A DNA stretch of 64,000 nucleotides from an uncultured bacterium (GTDB lineage Bacteria > Hydrothermota > UBA3072), in the NCBI GenBank assembly GCA_964556365.1, contig CAZKVT010000001.1:71158-135157 (forward strand), in the 5' to 3' direction. The notes below the pieces were generated by a model. It was not told the origin of the DNA. It worked only from the letters and a program-made list of their open reading frames with translations, and made no database searches. Shown piece by piece: positions 39,887 to 49,791 of this stretch. Positions within the stretch are counted from its first letter, which is position 1. Every line of letters starts with the position of its first letter. Made by a program: the position numbers and the translations under genes.

Positions 39887-41536
39887 ATGATAAAATTTAA
39901 TTCGTTAAAAGTTCAGATATCTGTACTTTTAATTGTAATAATTTTAGCAATAAATATATCTATATTAATATCAGCGAATATAATCGTAAAATCAGAGTTT
40001 GACACTCTTTTGAAGAGCCGGGGCGAAAACATACTTAATTCTATTAATTCTACTCTGGAATTTAGTTTGAATTCTAAAAATCCTTCTTTTCTTGAGTCAT
40101 CTCTTTCCGAATTGGCAGAAAGAAAAGATATTTTGTATTTAAAAGTATATGACCTTTCAGGTAAAACATTTACTAAAGTAGGAAAAATCGAAGTAGAGGA
40201 TACTCTGTCAACGGAAACTATAGAGAAAGTAAAAGAGGGAAACACAGATAAAACAGCTAAAAAAGTAGGGTTTAATAGGTTCCTCGACTGCTATTTCCCA
40301 GTTTACGGAAGAATGGGTAAGGGTGAAGTAATAGGTATCTTCAGAGTAGGGATTTCCAAACAAGAATCTTTTGCAGTAACAGGCAGACTTTCCTCTGCTC
40401 TTTTAAAGATAATCCTTGTGATAACTGTTATTGCCCTTCTGGGAACATTGGAATTGTTGAACTATTTTTTCCGTCCCTTAAACAAGGTCAGGGAAAATTT
40501 AAAAAGCATAGCTGAAGGAAAAGCAGATATCCATGTCAGAATATCCGAAAAATTCTTAACCGCGGAAAGTAAAGAACTTGCTGCTTCCTTTAATCAGTTT
40601 GTAGATAAATTAGAAAAGGACAAAGACTTAATACGTCAAGTCGCCGAAAGAATATCCGCGCAGGCAGAAGAGCTTTCAGCTTCCGCCGAGGAGATGACCG
40701 CTTCTTCCGAGGAAGTTTCCTCCACTATGGAACAGATTGCCCATGCCTCGGAAAAGCAAGCGCAGGAATCTCAGATTGCGTCCGGAATGTCACAAAAAGC
40801 TCTTACGGTTGTACGCCAATCACTGGATTCGGCACAGGAAACATTGAGTTCCTCGGAGAATATTTCAGAGCTTTCAGGTAAAGGTAAAAAATCCTCCGAA
40901 GCTGTTCGGGTTGCGATGGATAATGTTACAAATACCATTCATGAATTGGAAGAAGTTATTCAGGGCATACAGCGTTATTCAGAAGAAATTTTAGGGATAA
41001 CCGAAAAAGTCAGAGAAATAAGTAAAAGAACGAATATCCTTGCTCTTAACGCGACCATCGAAGCAACCAAAGCCGGAGAATCAGGCAGGGGTTTTGCAGT
41101 AGTTGCGGATGAGATTAGAAAACTTGCCAATCAATCTTCTGAGGCTACCAGGGTTATTTCCGAAATCACAAATGAAATCACCTCAGTTATAAATTCGGTA
41201 ACACAAAAAACACAGGAAACCGTGGAAGAGGTCAACAAAGGAAAGGAAACTTCTTTGAAATCCGCGGATTTCTTGAAGGATATTGCCGCCGAAATAAATC
41301 ACATTACAAAAAGAATAAGGCAAATCGCGGAGATAAACAAAAGGGGCGAAGAGGAAGTCAATACTATAACCGAAGCCCTGGAAAATATCGCGGCGATAGC
41401 CCAGGAAAATGCCGCTTCTTCCGAAGAACTTTCCGCGGCAATAGAAGAACTCTCAGCTTCAGTCGAAGAATTATCTACCACTTCACAGGAAACAGCCGAT
41501 ATTGCAGAGAATTTACATGATATTACAAGCAGCTAA
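39887..41536 (+). CDS. Methyl-accepting chemotaxis protein
   Basis: TM, sensor region, TM, HAMP, then the MCP signalling hairpin [35 protein letters not shown] at 39887 has SD GGAGGG. Confidence 0.85.
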   Translation: MIKFNSLKVQISVLLIVIILAINISILISANIIVKSEFDTLLKSRGENILNSINSTLEFSLNSKNPSFLESSLSELAERKDILYLKVYDLSGKTFTKVGKIEVEDTLSTETIEKVKEGNTDKTAKKVGFNRFLDCYFPVYGRMGKGEVIGIFRVGISKQESFAVTGRLSSALLKIILVITVIALLGTLELLNYFFRPLNKVRENLKSIAEGKADIHVRISEKFLTAESKELAASFNQFVDKLEKDKDLIRQVAERISAQAEELSASAEEMTASSEEVSSTMEQIAHASEKQAQESQIASGMSQKALTVVRQSLDSAQETLSSSENISELSGKGKKSSEAVRVAMDNVTNTIHELEEVIQGIQRYSEEILGITEKVREISKRTNILALNATIEATKAGESGRGFAVVADEIRKLANQSSEATRVISEITNEITSVINSVTQKTQETVEEVNKGKETSLKSADFLKDIAAEINHITKRIRQIAEINKRGEEEVNTITEALENIAAIAQENAASSEELSAAIEELSASVEELSTTSQETADIAENLHDITSS

Positions 41537-41552
41537 TTATTTGTAGGAATAG

Positions 41553-42743
41553 ATGTCCGGATTAATTTACGTATTAGCAGTGAGCCTATTTCTTTATTTC
41601 CTTATTATTTTAACGATTAGAAGACAACGAGAAGGAGTAAAAAGAACTGTTTATTATTCCGCGTTACCTATTTGCTTGATATTTAGTAGTTTTATCTTTT
41701 ATAAAACAGGTTCTATTTCGGAAGAATATCTTAAAGCCGCGGGGTTCTTTTCTCTTTACGCGTTCGGTTTTCTTTTCCTTTTGAGTATGTTAATTAATTT
41801 CCGGGAAAAAGGAGTAGATTTAAAGATTATTGCGGGACTTGGCATTGCTGTAGTAGCAACGGCGTTTCTTCACAAATTGGGTTATATTAATACAGTTACA
41901 CTTTTTCTTTCAGAACCGAGAATTAATATAGGGGATAAGGAAATAAGTCTGAACGGATTTATCGTAGCGATATTGATTTTCTATTTATCTTTCAGACTTT
42001 CTAAAGGATTAGAAAAAACCGCAAAAGCGCGTCTCGAAAAAGTACCTTTCCTCGATACGACAAGAACGAATACTATTTCGATGTTGATACGTTATATGAT
42101 TATAATAATAGGTGTCCTTGTCGCATTTGCTATTGTAAATATAGATTTTACTACTCTTAAAGTATTAATAGGAGCTCTTGGTGTAGGTATAGGGTTCGGG
42201 CTTCGAGAAATAGTTAACAACCTTATAAGCGGATTTATACTGCTTTCAGATAAGACTATAGTTCACAATGATCTGATCGAAGTTAATGGCCTTCTCGGAA
42301 AAGTGGAAACAGTCGGAATCAGGACGACTGTGATAAAAACGTTTAATAATGTCGAGGTTATAGTTCCGAATACAAATCTCGTCAATAATGAATTGATAAA
42401 CTATACTCATTCCGATCCGATAATAAGGATAGATATTCCGATTGGGGTATCTTATAAATCGGATCCTTTCAAAGTTAAAGATGTATTGACTGAGAATTTA
42501 TATGAAATTGAAAATATTTTGAAGAATCCGGAAGTTAACGTATATTTTATCGATTTCGGAGAAAGTTCACTGAATTTCCAGGTTTCCGTATGGACAGATA
42601 ATCCGTTAAAGAAGAAAGTGATCGAGAGCGATGCTCGTTACGCTATCTGGAAAACTTTAAAAGAAAACAATATAAAAATCCCCTTCCCGCAATTAGACGT
42701 ACACATGAAAGAAGAAAAAACAAAGGGAACCACTCAAATTTAA
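41553..42743 (+). CDS. MscS-family mechanosensitive channel
   Basis: GALGVGIGFGLREIVNNLISGFILL pore helix followed by a beta domain. Confidence 0.85.
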   Translation: MSGLIYVLAVSLFLYFLIILTIRRQREGVKRTVYYSALPICLIFSSFIFYKTGSISEEYLKAAGFFSLYAFGFLFLLSMLINFREKGVDLKIIAGLGIAVVATAFLHKLGYINTVTLFLSEPRINIGDKEISLNGFIVAILIFYLSFRLSKGLEKTAKARLEKVPFLDTTRTNTISMLIRYMIIIIGVLVAFAIVNIDFTTLKVLIGALGVGIGFGLREIVNNLISGFILLSDKTIVHNDLIEVNGLLGKVETVGIRTTVIKTFNNVEVIVPNTNLVNNELINYTHSDPIIRIDIPIGVSYKSDPFKVKDVLTENLYEIENILKNPEVNVYFIDFGESSLNFQVSVWTDNPLKKKVIESDARYAIWKTLKENNIKIPFPQLDVHMKEEKTKGTTQI

Positions 42744-42749
42744 CATCCC

Positions 42750-43334
42750 TTAAGGGATTCTTTTGTTTCTGGTTATTTTATCCCAGACCCATTTAGCATT
42801 ATTTTTTAGACTTTCCGGGGTTCCATCATTTTCGATTACAAAGTCAGAATACTTAATGTAAAGGCTGCTGTCCCCTTGAGAGTTTAACCTTCCCGTTATG
42901 ATTTCCTCGCTTAAACCCTGGCTTTTTAATCTTTTTCTCTTATCTTCGAGAGTGGAAGTTAAGAGAACAATATAATCGAACCAGTTTTCGATTTCCCATT
43001 CAAATATTAAGGCTCCATCCACCACCACTATCTTTTCTTTTGGTAATTTGATTTCCTTCTTAAGTTTTTTAAGGAGTTCGGGATGGACTATGTTATTTAA
43101 TTCTTCGAGTTTCTTTTTATTATCAAAAACAACAGCCCCGAGTTTTTCTCTGTTTACTTTTCCGCCTTCGACAGCTTCTTCGAAATTTTCTTTTATTTGT
43201 TCTATTATATGAGGTTCTTTTAGCACTTCCCAACCGAGTTCATCGCAGGAAATCACTCTAGCTCCCAATTCTTTATAGAGTTCTGAGATAACTGTTTTAC
43301 CAGTACCTGTATTTCCTGTTACTCCAATAAGCAT
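42750..43334 (-). CDS. coaE: Dephospho-CoA kinase
   Basis: IGVTGNTGTGKT P-loop, size and layout typical of CoaE. Confidence 0.8.
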   Translation of the reverse strand: MLIGVTGNTGTGKTVISELYKELGARVISCDELGWEVLKEPHIIEQIKENFEEAVEGGKVNREKLGAVVFDNKKKLEELNNIVHPELLKKLKKEIKLPKEKIVVVDGALIFEWEIENWFDYIVLLTSTLEDKRKRLKSQGLSEEIITGRLNSQGDSSLYIKYSDFVIENDGTPESLKNNAKWVWDKITRNKRIP

Positions 43335-43427
43335 GTTTTATTATAGTAAAGAGTATTGGTATTAGCAAGACCACGAAAACCCCACCACACGCCTTAATTG
43401 GACGCAGATAAACGCAGATTTTTGAAC

Positions 43428-43511
43428 GGTTAGGACGTTAGATAGTTAGATCGTTAGGCAGTTTAAAAGATCCCGACCTAACGTCCCCACGATCCAACGA
43501 ACCAACTAAAA
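43428..43511. repeat. About 84-nt composite intergenic element, copy 2
   Basis: GGTTAGGACGTTAGATAGTTAGATCGTTAGG...GTTTAAAAGA...CCTAACGTCCCCACGATCCAACGAACCAACTAAAA. Paralogous to 10687-10770 and embedded in a longer word-repeat block (43396-43546). Confidence 0.7.
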
Positions 43512-43613
43512 ACCTATTCAACTATTCGACAATTCAACTATTCAACTTACTTCTCGGAGAAAACTCCGAGAAACACTCTTGACATCTTAAGTTTAAAATA
43601 TATACATAAAAGA

Positions 43614-43886
43614 ATGAAAAGGATACATGTATGGGTAAGTGGTGTTGTTCAGGGAGTTGGTTTCAGGTATTTTACCATAAGAAAGGCAAGAGAATTAGAA
43701 ATTTCTGGGTGGGTTAAGAACACACACGATGGTAAAGTTGAGTTTGTTGCCGAAGGAGAAGAGTGGCAGCTGAAAAATTTTACTGAACAAGTAAAAGTGG
43801 GTCCGTCTCATTCTTCTGTACGTGGAGTAGAAGTACAGGAAGAAAAATATCAAAACGAATTTAACGAATTTGAAGTGAGGTTTTAA
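43614..43886 (+). CDS. acyP: Acylphosphatase
   Basis: VSGVVQGVGFRYF...GWVKN..DG.VE. Confidence 0.85.
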   Translation: MKRIHVWVSGVVQGVGFRYFTIRKARELEISGWVKNTHDGKVEFVAEGEEWQLKNFTEQVKVGPSHSSVRGVEVQEEKYQNEFNEFEVRF

Positions 43887-43887
43887 A

Positions 43888-44403
43888 ATGGAAGAATTAA
43901 AAAAATATATTAGAGTCATCCCGGATTTCCCCAAAAAAGGAATTTTGTTCAGAGATATTACTACCTTATTACAAAACAAAGAAGCTTTTAGAAAAGCCGT
44001 CGATGTCATGGCTGATTCAATAAGAGATAAAGAAGTCGATCTTATTTTAGGTGTGGAATCGAGGGGCTTCATATTCGCAGCACCAATCGCGTATAATCTC
44101 GGTATACCTTTAAATATAATCAGGAAACCGGGAAAATTACCCGCTGCGGTCTTAAGGGAATCTTATACTCTTGAATACGGAGAGAATACAATAGAATTGC
44201 ATAAAGACGCGATAAATAAAGGAGATAAAGTAGTTATAATCGATGATTTGCTCGCAACGGGCGGTACAGCCCTGGCAAGCGCTCATCTGGTAGAAAAATT
44301 CGGCGGCACGGTAAGCACCATTCTTTTCCTCATCGAATTAATGGATCTCGACGGTAGGAATAAATTGAAAGATTATTGCGTGGAAGCGGTGGTGAAATTT
44401 TAA
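43888..44403 (+). CDS. apt: Adenine phosphoribosyltransferase
   Basis: FPKKGILFRDIT and PRPP motif VVIIDDLLATGGT. Confidence 0.9.
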   Translation: MEELKKYIRVIPDFPKKGILFRDITTLLQNKEAFRKAVDVMADSIRDKEVDLILGVESRGFIFAAPIAYNLGIPLNIIRKPGKLPAAVLRESYTLEYGENTIELHKDAINKGDKVVIIDDLLATGGTALASAHLVEKFGGTVSTILFLIELMDLDGRNKLKDYCVEAVVKF

Positions 44404-44658
44404 TAAAGAGAATTCAGGAGTCAGAAGTAAGAATCCAGAATCCCATCCCCCCAGCCATTAATTAGCCACAAAGGTACTAAGACACAAAGATTATTTTGTT
44501 TTTGCTAAATCCTATATTCTAAATCCAAAATCCTAAAATAACTATTTGACCATTTTTCTATTTTTTTTATTTAACTTAGATCCGAAGAAACTATTAAGTG
44601 GACACAGATTACATAGGTTTCAACGAGATTTTTTTGACTGGGACCCGGTATCCGGGAC

Positions 44659-45369
44659 CTAATATTTCACCTTAATCAGGAAAAGACCCTGAGGAGGGGC
44701 GACTGGCGGACGTCTTTTCTTTCCGGAAAGCACATCTTTAACTTCATCAGGAGAAATTTCACCCCTTCCGACCGCGATTAAAAGTCCCACGATACCCCTT
44801 ACCATTCTCCTGAGAAAACGATTCGATTCTACCTCGATAAAAATATTGTTTTCGTCCTCGGAGATTTTCACTCTTTTTAAATTACATTTTCCACTGTCTT
44901 TGGTCGCGAGATTAGAAAAATCTTTCTCTCCCAAAAGTTCTTTTCCGGCTTTTTTCATTTTTCTTATATCGAGTTTGTAATCGACTTGATAGAAATATCT
45001 TCTGTTAAAAACCGATTTTTCTTTCGCTATCTGGTATCTATATATCCTAGAACTCGCGGAAAATCTCGCGTTAAAGTCTTCAGGAACTTTTTTACATTCC
45101 TTTATAATGACGTCATATGAGATATTCCCGTTTATTGCTTTTTTTAATTCTTTAGAAGGAATTTTATCAGGGCAGGCAAACGAAGCTACTTGTTCTTTCG
45201 CGTGGACACCGGCATCGGTTCTACCCGAACCGGTTATTCTTATTTTATTATTATAGATTGTTTTTAACGCTTTTTCTATTTCACCCTGAACGGTTCTTTT
45301 CCCGGGCTGAACCTGCCAGCCGAAAAAGTCCGTTCCGTCATATTCTACTATTATTTTTATATTCCGCAT
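44659..45369 (-). CDS. truA: tRNA pseudouridine(38-40) synthase
   Basis: YDGTDFFGWQ...GSGRTDAGVHA. Confidence 0.9.
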   Translation of the reverse strand: MRNIKIIVEYDGTDFFGWQVQPGKRTVQGEIEKALKTIYNNKIRITGSGRTDAGVHAKEQVASFACPDKIPSKELKKAINGNISYDVIIKECKKVPEDFNARFSASSRIYRYQIAKEKSVFNRRYFYQVDYKLDIRKMKKAGKELLGEKDFSNLATKDSGKCNLKRVKISEDENNIFIEVESNRFLRRMVRGIVGLLIAVGRGEISPDEVKDVLSGKKRRPPVAPPQGLFLIKVKY

Positions 45370-45717
45370 ATTTCAAAAATTTTCAACCACAAGATTACAC
45401 TGATTAACACAAGATTCCCCAACCTCCTCCCTCTTTTTTTGTTTTACTAAATCCCAATTTTACCACAAAGACACAAAGCCACTCCACACCCATTTATTTT
45501 TTATTATGTTTAATTGGACCGCTCCACGCAACCCCCAAAGTTAATCTCACACTGAACCACAGAGAACCCCCTGGTACGGTCGTTCCTCCCTACAGGGCAG
45601 GCAGAGAAAAAAAATATGTTGTTTTTTTAACTAAATCCCAATCCCTAAATTCAAAACCCTAAAATTTAGACGCGGATAAACGCGGATTGACAGGGTTTTT
45701 AAGATGAAATTTTGGGC

Positions 45718-45748
45718 TTGACATAATAATTTAGATTATTACTATAAT
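45718..45748 (+). promoter_or_regulatory. Possible promoter of the cas operon
   Basis: TTGACA (45718-45723), 19 nt (long), TATAAT (45743-45748). Confidence 0.3.
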
Positions 45749-45842
45749 TATAGTAAAAAATGATTTTAATAATGAATTTTTTATTATACAGCAATATATT
45801 TCATTTTCCACATTCTATAAATTATAGAAAAACGGAAGAAGA

Positions 45843-46607
45843 ATGCGGATAAAAATACAATTCTCACCAGCAAACAATATTTTCAGAATTCCCGTGAATT
45901 ATAACTATCTTGTTCAATCATTCATCTATAACAACATTTCAGCCAAACTATCGGATTTTCTGCATAATAAAGGATACATAGATGGAAAAAGGTCGTTTAA
46001 AATGTTCACTTTCTCAAGGCTTCAGGGAAAATGCAATTACAATAACGAAAGCAAAAGTCTGATCTTTAAAGATAATTTTGAGCTTTGGGTTTCCTCTCCC
46101 GAAAGCGAATTTCTTGAATCGTATGCCACAGAATTACTTAAAAATCCGGAAATAAGACTTGGTAAAAACCAAATATATATAAACTCCATCGAAGTGAGTA
46201 TGACCCCTGCTTTCAAGGAGGAAATACTGATAAAGATGATTTCACCGGTCACTGTTTACAGAACCTTAGAAGACAGAGAAGGAAATAAAAAGACCTACTA
46301 TTTTCATCCCAGGGAATCGGAATTTCCAAAATTAGTAAGCGAAAACATCAAAAGAAAGTACAGGGCTTTATACAAGAACGAACCACCGGACGTTGAACTT
46401 AAAATTATTCCAGAAAAATTGAGTAAAAGGAGTGAGCAAATTATTTTTTATAAAGATAAATATGTAATCAAAGGATGGCTTGGGGTATATAAAATTAAAA
46501 GTCATCCGGAAATGCTAAAACTTGCCTGGGACGCGGGCATCGGCTCCAAAAACCCCCAAGGGTTTGGAATGTTTGAGATAGTGGGGGAGAAAAAAGAAAA
46601 ACTATGA
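45843..46607 (+). CDS. cas6: CRISPR endoribonuclease Cas6
   Basis: 254 aa with the C-terminal glycine-rich loop GIGSKNPQGFGMFEIV. First gene of the cas operon. Confidence 0.85.
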   Translation: MRIKIQFSPANNIFRIPVNYNYLVQSFIYNNISAKLSDFLHNKGYIDGKRSFKMFTFSRLQGKCNYNNESKSLIFKDNFELWVSSPESEFLESYATELLKNPEIRLGKNQIYINSIEVSMTPAFKEEILIKMISPVTVYRTLEDREGNKKTYYFHPRESEFPKLVSENIKRKYRALYKNEPPDVELKIIPEKLSKRSEQIIFYKDKYVIKGWLGVYKIKSHPEMLKLAWDAGIGSKNPQGFGMFEIVGEKKEKL

Positions 46608-46718
46608 ATTTGTGGAATCTCTACCCTAACGGACAAACCGACCAACTGACTAACTATAAAATAAAAGAAAATTTTGACCTTGGCGGTGAAGAATTTTTGA
46701 AATTCCCGAAGGAGGCTT

Positions 46719-48068
46719 ATGATGCATTTCCGAGGCGAGGGTGAAGGGAAGACATTCCTTAATTTTACTGGGAATCCATTTGTTGATGCAGGAATATACG
46801 CAATTGAGGCATACTATGGAAAAGATTTCTCGCTCTTAACCCCGGAAGAACTGGAAAACAAGATAGACGAAATCGTTGAACTTTATATGACCGAGGGCTG
46901 GAAGAAAAATATATATTCCGTTTTCACAGGGAACAGCAAATTTACAAATCCTTCTATTAAGAATAAAAAAGAAAGCTCAGAAAAATATTTAAAAGATTTA
47001 TTAGAAAAGTTTTCCTTACCGGATAATTCAGGAAGTTGTATTGCCTGTGGAAGAAGAAACGCCTTACCCATTAGAAAGAGAGAGGAAATTCCTTTAACAG
47101 GTTCCGGAAAATTAATAAATTTTTTCTCCGGAGCATCAGAAGGTGAACGATATTGTCCTGTATGTACTTTTGCGGTTCAGTTCTTACCACTGTTTCTATA
47201 TTCCCTTGGAAAATATTTCTTGCTTTTTCATTCAGTATCTCACAAGATAATGCAAATCTGGGCAAAAAATGGAATTAAAAATATACGTGAACAAAATTCT
47301 GCTAACAATTATACAGGATGTATGCAAGATGAGTATAAAAATGGAGAAAATGCTTTATTTCACATTGTGGAAGAAACTATAAGAGAACAGGAAGACATAT
47401 TGCCTGAAGAGAATCCTTCTATTACTGCATATATATTCTCGAATTACGGACAAAATCCTCCACCAATGAGAATGATTCATTTGCCAAACAATGTATTTAG
47501 GTTCTTGGTTTATATTCAGAGAATTGATAATGTATCATGGCGAAAAATCGTACATAAAGGATACGGAATTTTAAAGAAAGAAGATGATTATAAATGGAGA
47601 AACAATAGAGTTTATAAGAATTTGCTTGACGGGGTGTCCATAATTAGATTTTTCCTATCAAAAGATAAAAATACAATAGGGAATTGGGAGATTTTCTCCT
47701 ATTACTTAAAGGAGGTGAGAGAAATGGACGAAAAAAGGATAGATGTACTAAAAAAAGTCGGTGATAAGATTGCTAATTATATAGAAAAGAGTGACAATAC
47801 AAAGAGGCTCTTTACATTAGAAACCGCTAAAAGTTACGAAGGGATTCGAAATATTCTTCTAAAAATTACAAAAGATATGATTACAAATGGAATGGATGTG
47901 CCTTTATTTACAACAGATGAATTTCTGAATGACTTGTTCCCGGAAGGCGCATTGAAGTGGAAGGAAACAAGAGATATATTGTTATTCAGAATATATGAAA
48001 AACTATCTGACTACTTAAAGAGTAAAAAAGAAATAATAGAAGAAATAAAAGCAAACGAGGAGATTTAA
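46719..48068 (+). CDS. cas8b: Type I-B large subunit Cas8b (Cst1-like)
   Basis: Zinc-binding pairs CIACGRR...CPVCTFAV as in Cst1/Cas8b. Position between cas6 and cas7. Confidence 0.7.
   Translation: MMHFRGEGEGKTFLNFTGNPFVDAGIYAIEAYYGKDFSLLTPEELENKIDEIVELYMTEGWKKNIYSVFTGNSKFTNPSIKNKKESSEKYLKDLLEKFSLPDNSGSCIACGRRNALPIRKREEIPLTGSGKLINFFSGASEGERYCPVCTFAVQFLPLFLYSLGKYFLLFHSVSHKIMQIWAKNGIKNIREQNSANNYTGCMQDEYKNGENALFHIVEETIREQEDILPEENPSITAYIFSNYGQNPPPMRMIHLPNNVFRFLVYIQRIDNVSWRKIVHKGYGILKKEDDYKWRNNRVYKNLLDGVSIIRFFLSKDKNTIGNWEIFSYYLKEVREMDEKRIDVLKKVGDKIANYIEKSDNTKRLFTLETAKSYEGIRNILLKITKDMITNGMDVPLFTTDEFLNDLFPEGALKWKETRDILLFRIYEKLSDYLKSKKEIIEEIKANEEI
47724..48068 (+). CDS. cas11: Putative Cas11b small subunit from an in-frame internal start within cas8b
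   Basis: AAAGGAGGTGA (47709-47719) lies 8 nt upstream of the in-frame ATG at 47724 and would yield a 114-aa helical C-terminal product. Confidence 0.45.
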   Translation: MDEKRIDVLKKVGDKIANYIEKSDNTKRLFTLETAKSYEGIRNILLKITKDMITNGMDVPLFTTDEFLNDLFPEGALKWKETRDILLFRIYEKLSDYLKSKKEIIEEIKANEEI

Positions 48069-48069
48069 A

Positions 48070-49104
48070 ATGCGCAAAACCATAAATGGATTTATGTTAG
48101 TTGATGCACCATGGTCAGCATTAAACAATGCTGGTATGGATGCAGGCGAAAGAACAGATAATGCAGTGAAGGTCAAAACTGTAAGAAAAGGCAGGGATGT
48201 TTATCCCTATGTTTCTGGTCAGGCAGTAAGATACTGGTGGAGAGAAACACTTGCAAATAAATTTGGATGGAATTTGTCCCCAATAGAAAGAGCGGCAAAA
48301 GTTGCCTACACTGCTGCTAATCCTATTGACTACGACGATGATGATATGTTTGGGTATATGAGGGCTGCAAAAGAAGAAGTTGAAGAAAAGGGGAAAAAGA
48401 AAAAAGTAAATGTTACTGTAACCCGTATTTCCCCGCTAAAAAATTCTCCTTTGTTTTCACTATATCCACAGAATCCAACTAATGACTTTGGGGTAATGGC
48501 AAGACAAACTGAGGGAGCCCCTGTTCCTTACGAACACCAATTTTATTCAACAATTTTTAAAGGAATATTCTCTGTAGATATTGAATGTGCGTGTAAACTC
48601 TATGAAATTGAAAAAACTGGATATAAGAATATGTCTCCAAAACTCATTAATAAGGCAAAAGAAATGGGATTAGAGTATAATGAGGAAGAAAAATTCTGGA
48701 GATTACCTGTTAATATCCGAAGGAAAAGGATAAAAGAGACAATTCTTGTTCTACCATATCTTTCTGGTGGTGCGAAACTCACTGAGCATTTGACAGATGT
48801 TTCACCTAAATTCCTGATTCTGGCAGTGATTGAAGGTGGAAATCATATTTTTATGAATATCGCTGATGAAAATGGAATAAACTTTGATGCTCTAAACAAA
48901 GTAATAGAAGATTATAAAGAAATTATCCTTTCTGATATATTCATAAGCAAAAGAGAGGGATTTTTTGATGAAATGGATAAGGAACTATCTGCATTTGCGA
49001 AAAAGAAATGGGAATATAATGGAAAGAACATTGAAGTAAAAACAAACTCAATAAATAATACGGTGTTAGAATTTACAAAAATTCTGGATGAGTTTATTGT
49101 ATGA
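48070..49104 (+). CDS. cas7: Type I-B Cas7 (Cst2/DevR family)
   Basis: NAGMDAGERTDNAVKVKTVRKG..YPYVSGQAVRYWWRE is typical of Cst2/DevR. Confidence 0.85.
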   Translation: MRKTINGFMLVDAPWSALNNAGMDAGERTDNAVKVKTVRKGRDVYPYVSGQAVRYWWRETLANKFGWNLSPIERAAKVAYTAANPIDYDDDDMFGYMRAAKEEVEEKGKKKKVNVTVTRISPLKNSPLFSLYPQNPTNDFGVMARQTEGAPVPYEHQFYSTIFKGIFSVDIECACKLYEIEKTGYKNMSPKLINKAKEMGLEYNEEEKFWRLPVNIRRKRIKETILVLPYLSGGAKLTEHLTDVSPKFLILAVIEGGNHIFMNIADENGINFDALNKVIEDYKEIILSDIFISKREGFFDEMDKELSAFAKKKWEYNGKNIEVKTNSINNTVLEFTKILDEFIV

Positions 49105-49116
49105 AGGAAGTATAAA

Positions 49117-49749
49117 ATGGCATCTTTTTTTAGAGTAAAAATTACCGGGTGGACGGCATCGTTTAGATACCCCATTTTTATTTATGGCTATCAACCTACT
49201 TTACCTGTGCCTCCTTACTCCACGATTTATGGTTTAATTTCAGCAGCAGTAGGAAAATGGGTAACCCCGGATGATATTGATGTAAAATATGTTTTCAAAA
49301 GTACCGCAAAGGGAATAAATCTTGAAAAAATCTATGAATGGGAAATTGGCAAAATCAGCAAATCAAATGTGATAAAACGAGAATTTCTCCTTAATCCAGA
49401 ATTATATTTATATGTTAATCAGAAAGAAATAGCTGATTGTTTTAAGAAACCGTTCTATCCTTTACTACTTGGCAGAAGCACAGAACTCGCCTTTGTTGAA
49501 GAGATAAAAAAAGTCAATCTGATTCAAAAAGAGAATTGCAAGGTTGGAGGTATAATTCTTCCTTTTCCACCAATACGTCCGCTTAACGGAACAATTCAGG
49601 CATTACCGACCCACTTTTCCAAAACTTTCCCACGTGAACCCATTGGAACCCGACCATGGTTCCTTGTAAAAGACTTTCAGAATTATGAAGGAAAAGGCTG
49701 GGTTGATGAAGAAAAGGGATGGGGAGTGATAATTGAGAAGGAGAAATGA
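49117..49749 (+). CDS. cas5: Type I-B Cas5 (Cas5t)
   Basis: FRVKITGWTASFRYP...PTLPVPPYSTIYGLISAAVG...LLLGRS. Confidence 0.85.
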   Translation: MASFFRVKITGWTASFRYPIFIYGYQPTLPVPPYSTIYGLISAAVGKWVTPDDIDVKYVFKSTAKGINLEKIYEWEIGKISKSNVIKREFLLNPELYLYVNQKEIADCFKKPFYPLLLGRSTELAFVEEIKKVNLIQKENCKVGGIILPFPPIRPLNGTIQALPTHFSKTFPREPIGTRPWFLVKDFQNYEGKGWVDEEKGWGVIIEKEK

Positions 49750-49750
49750 G
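49705..49750 (+). repeat. 46-bp direct repeat, copy A (authentic cas5 3' end)
   Basis: GATGAAGAAAAGGGATGGGGAGTGATAATTGAGAAGGAGAAATGAG. 43/46 identical to 50857-50902. Confidence 0.9.
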
Positions 49751-49791
49751 GGGAACAAGAACTTCTTCGTATTTATTATGAGGGCAGACAA

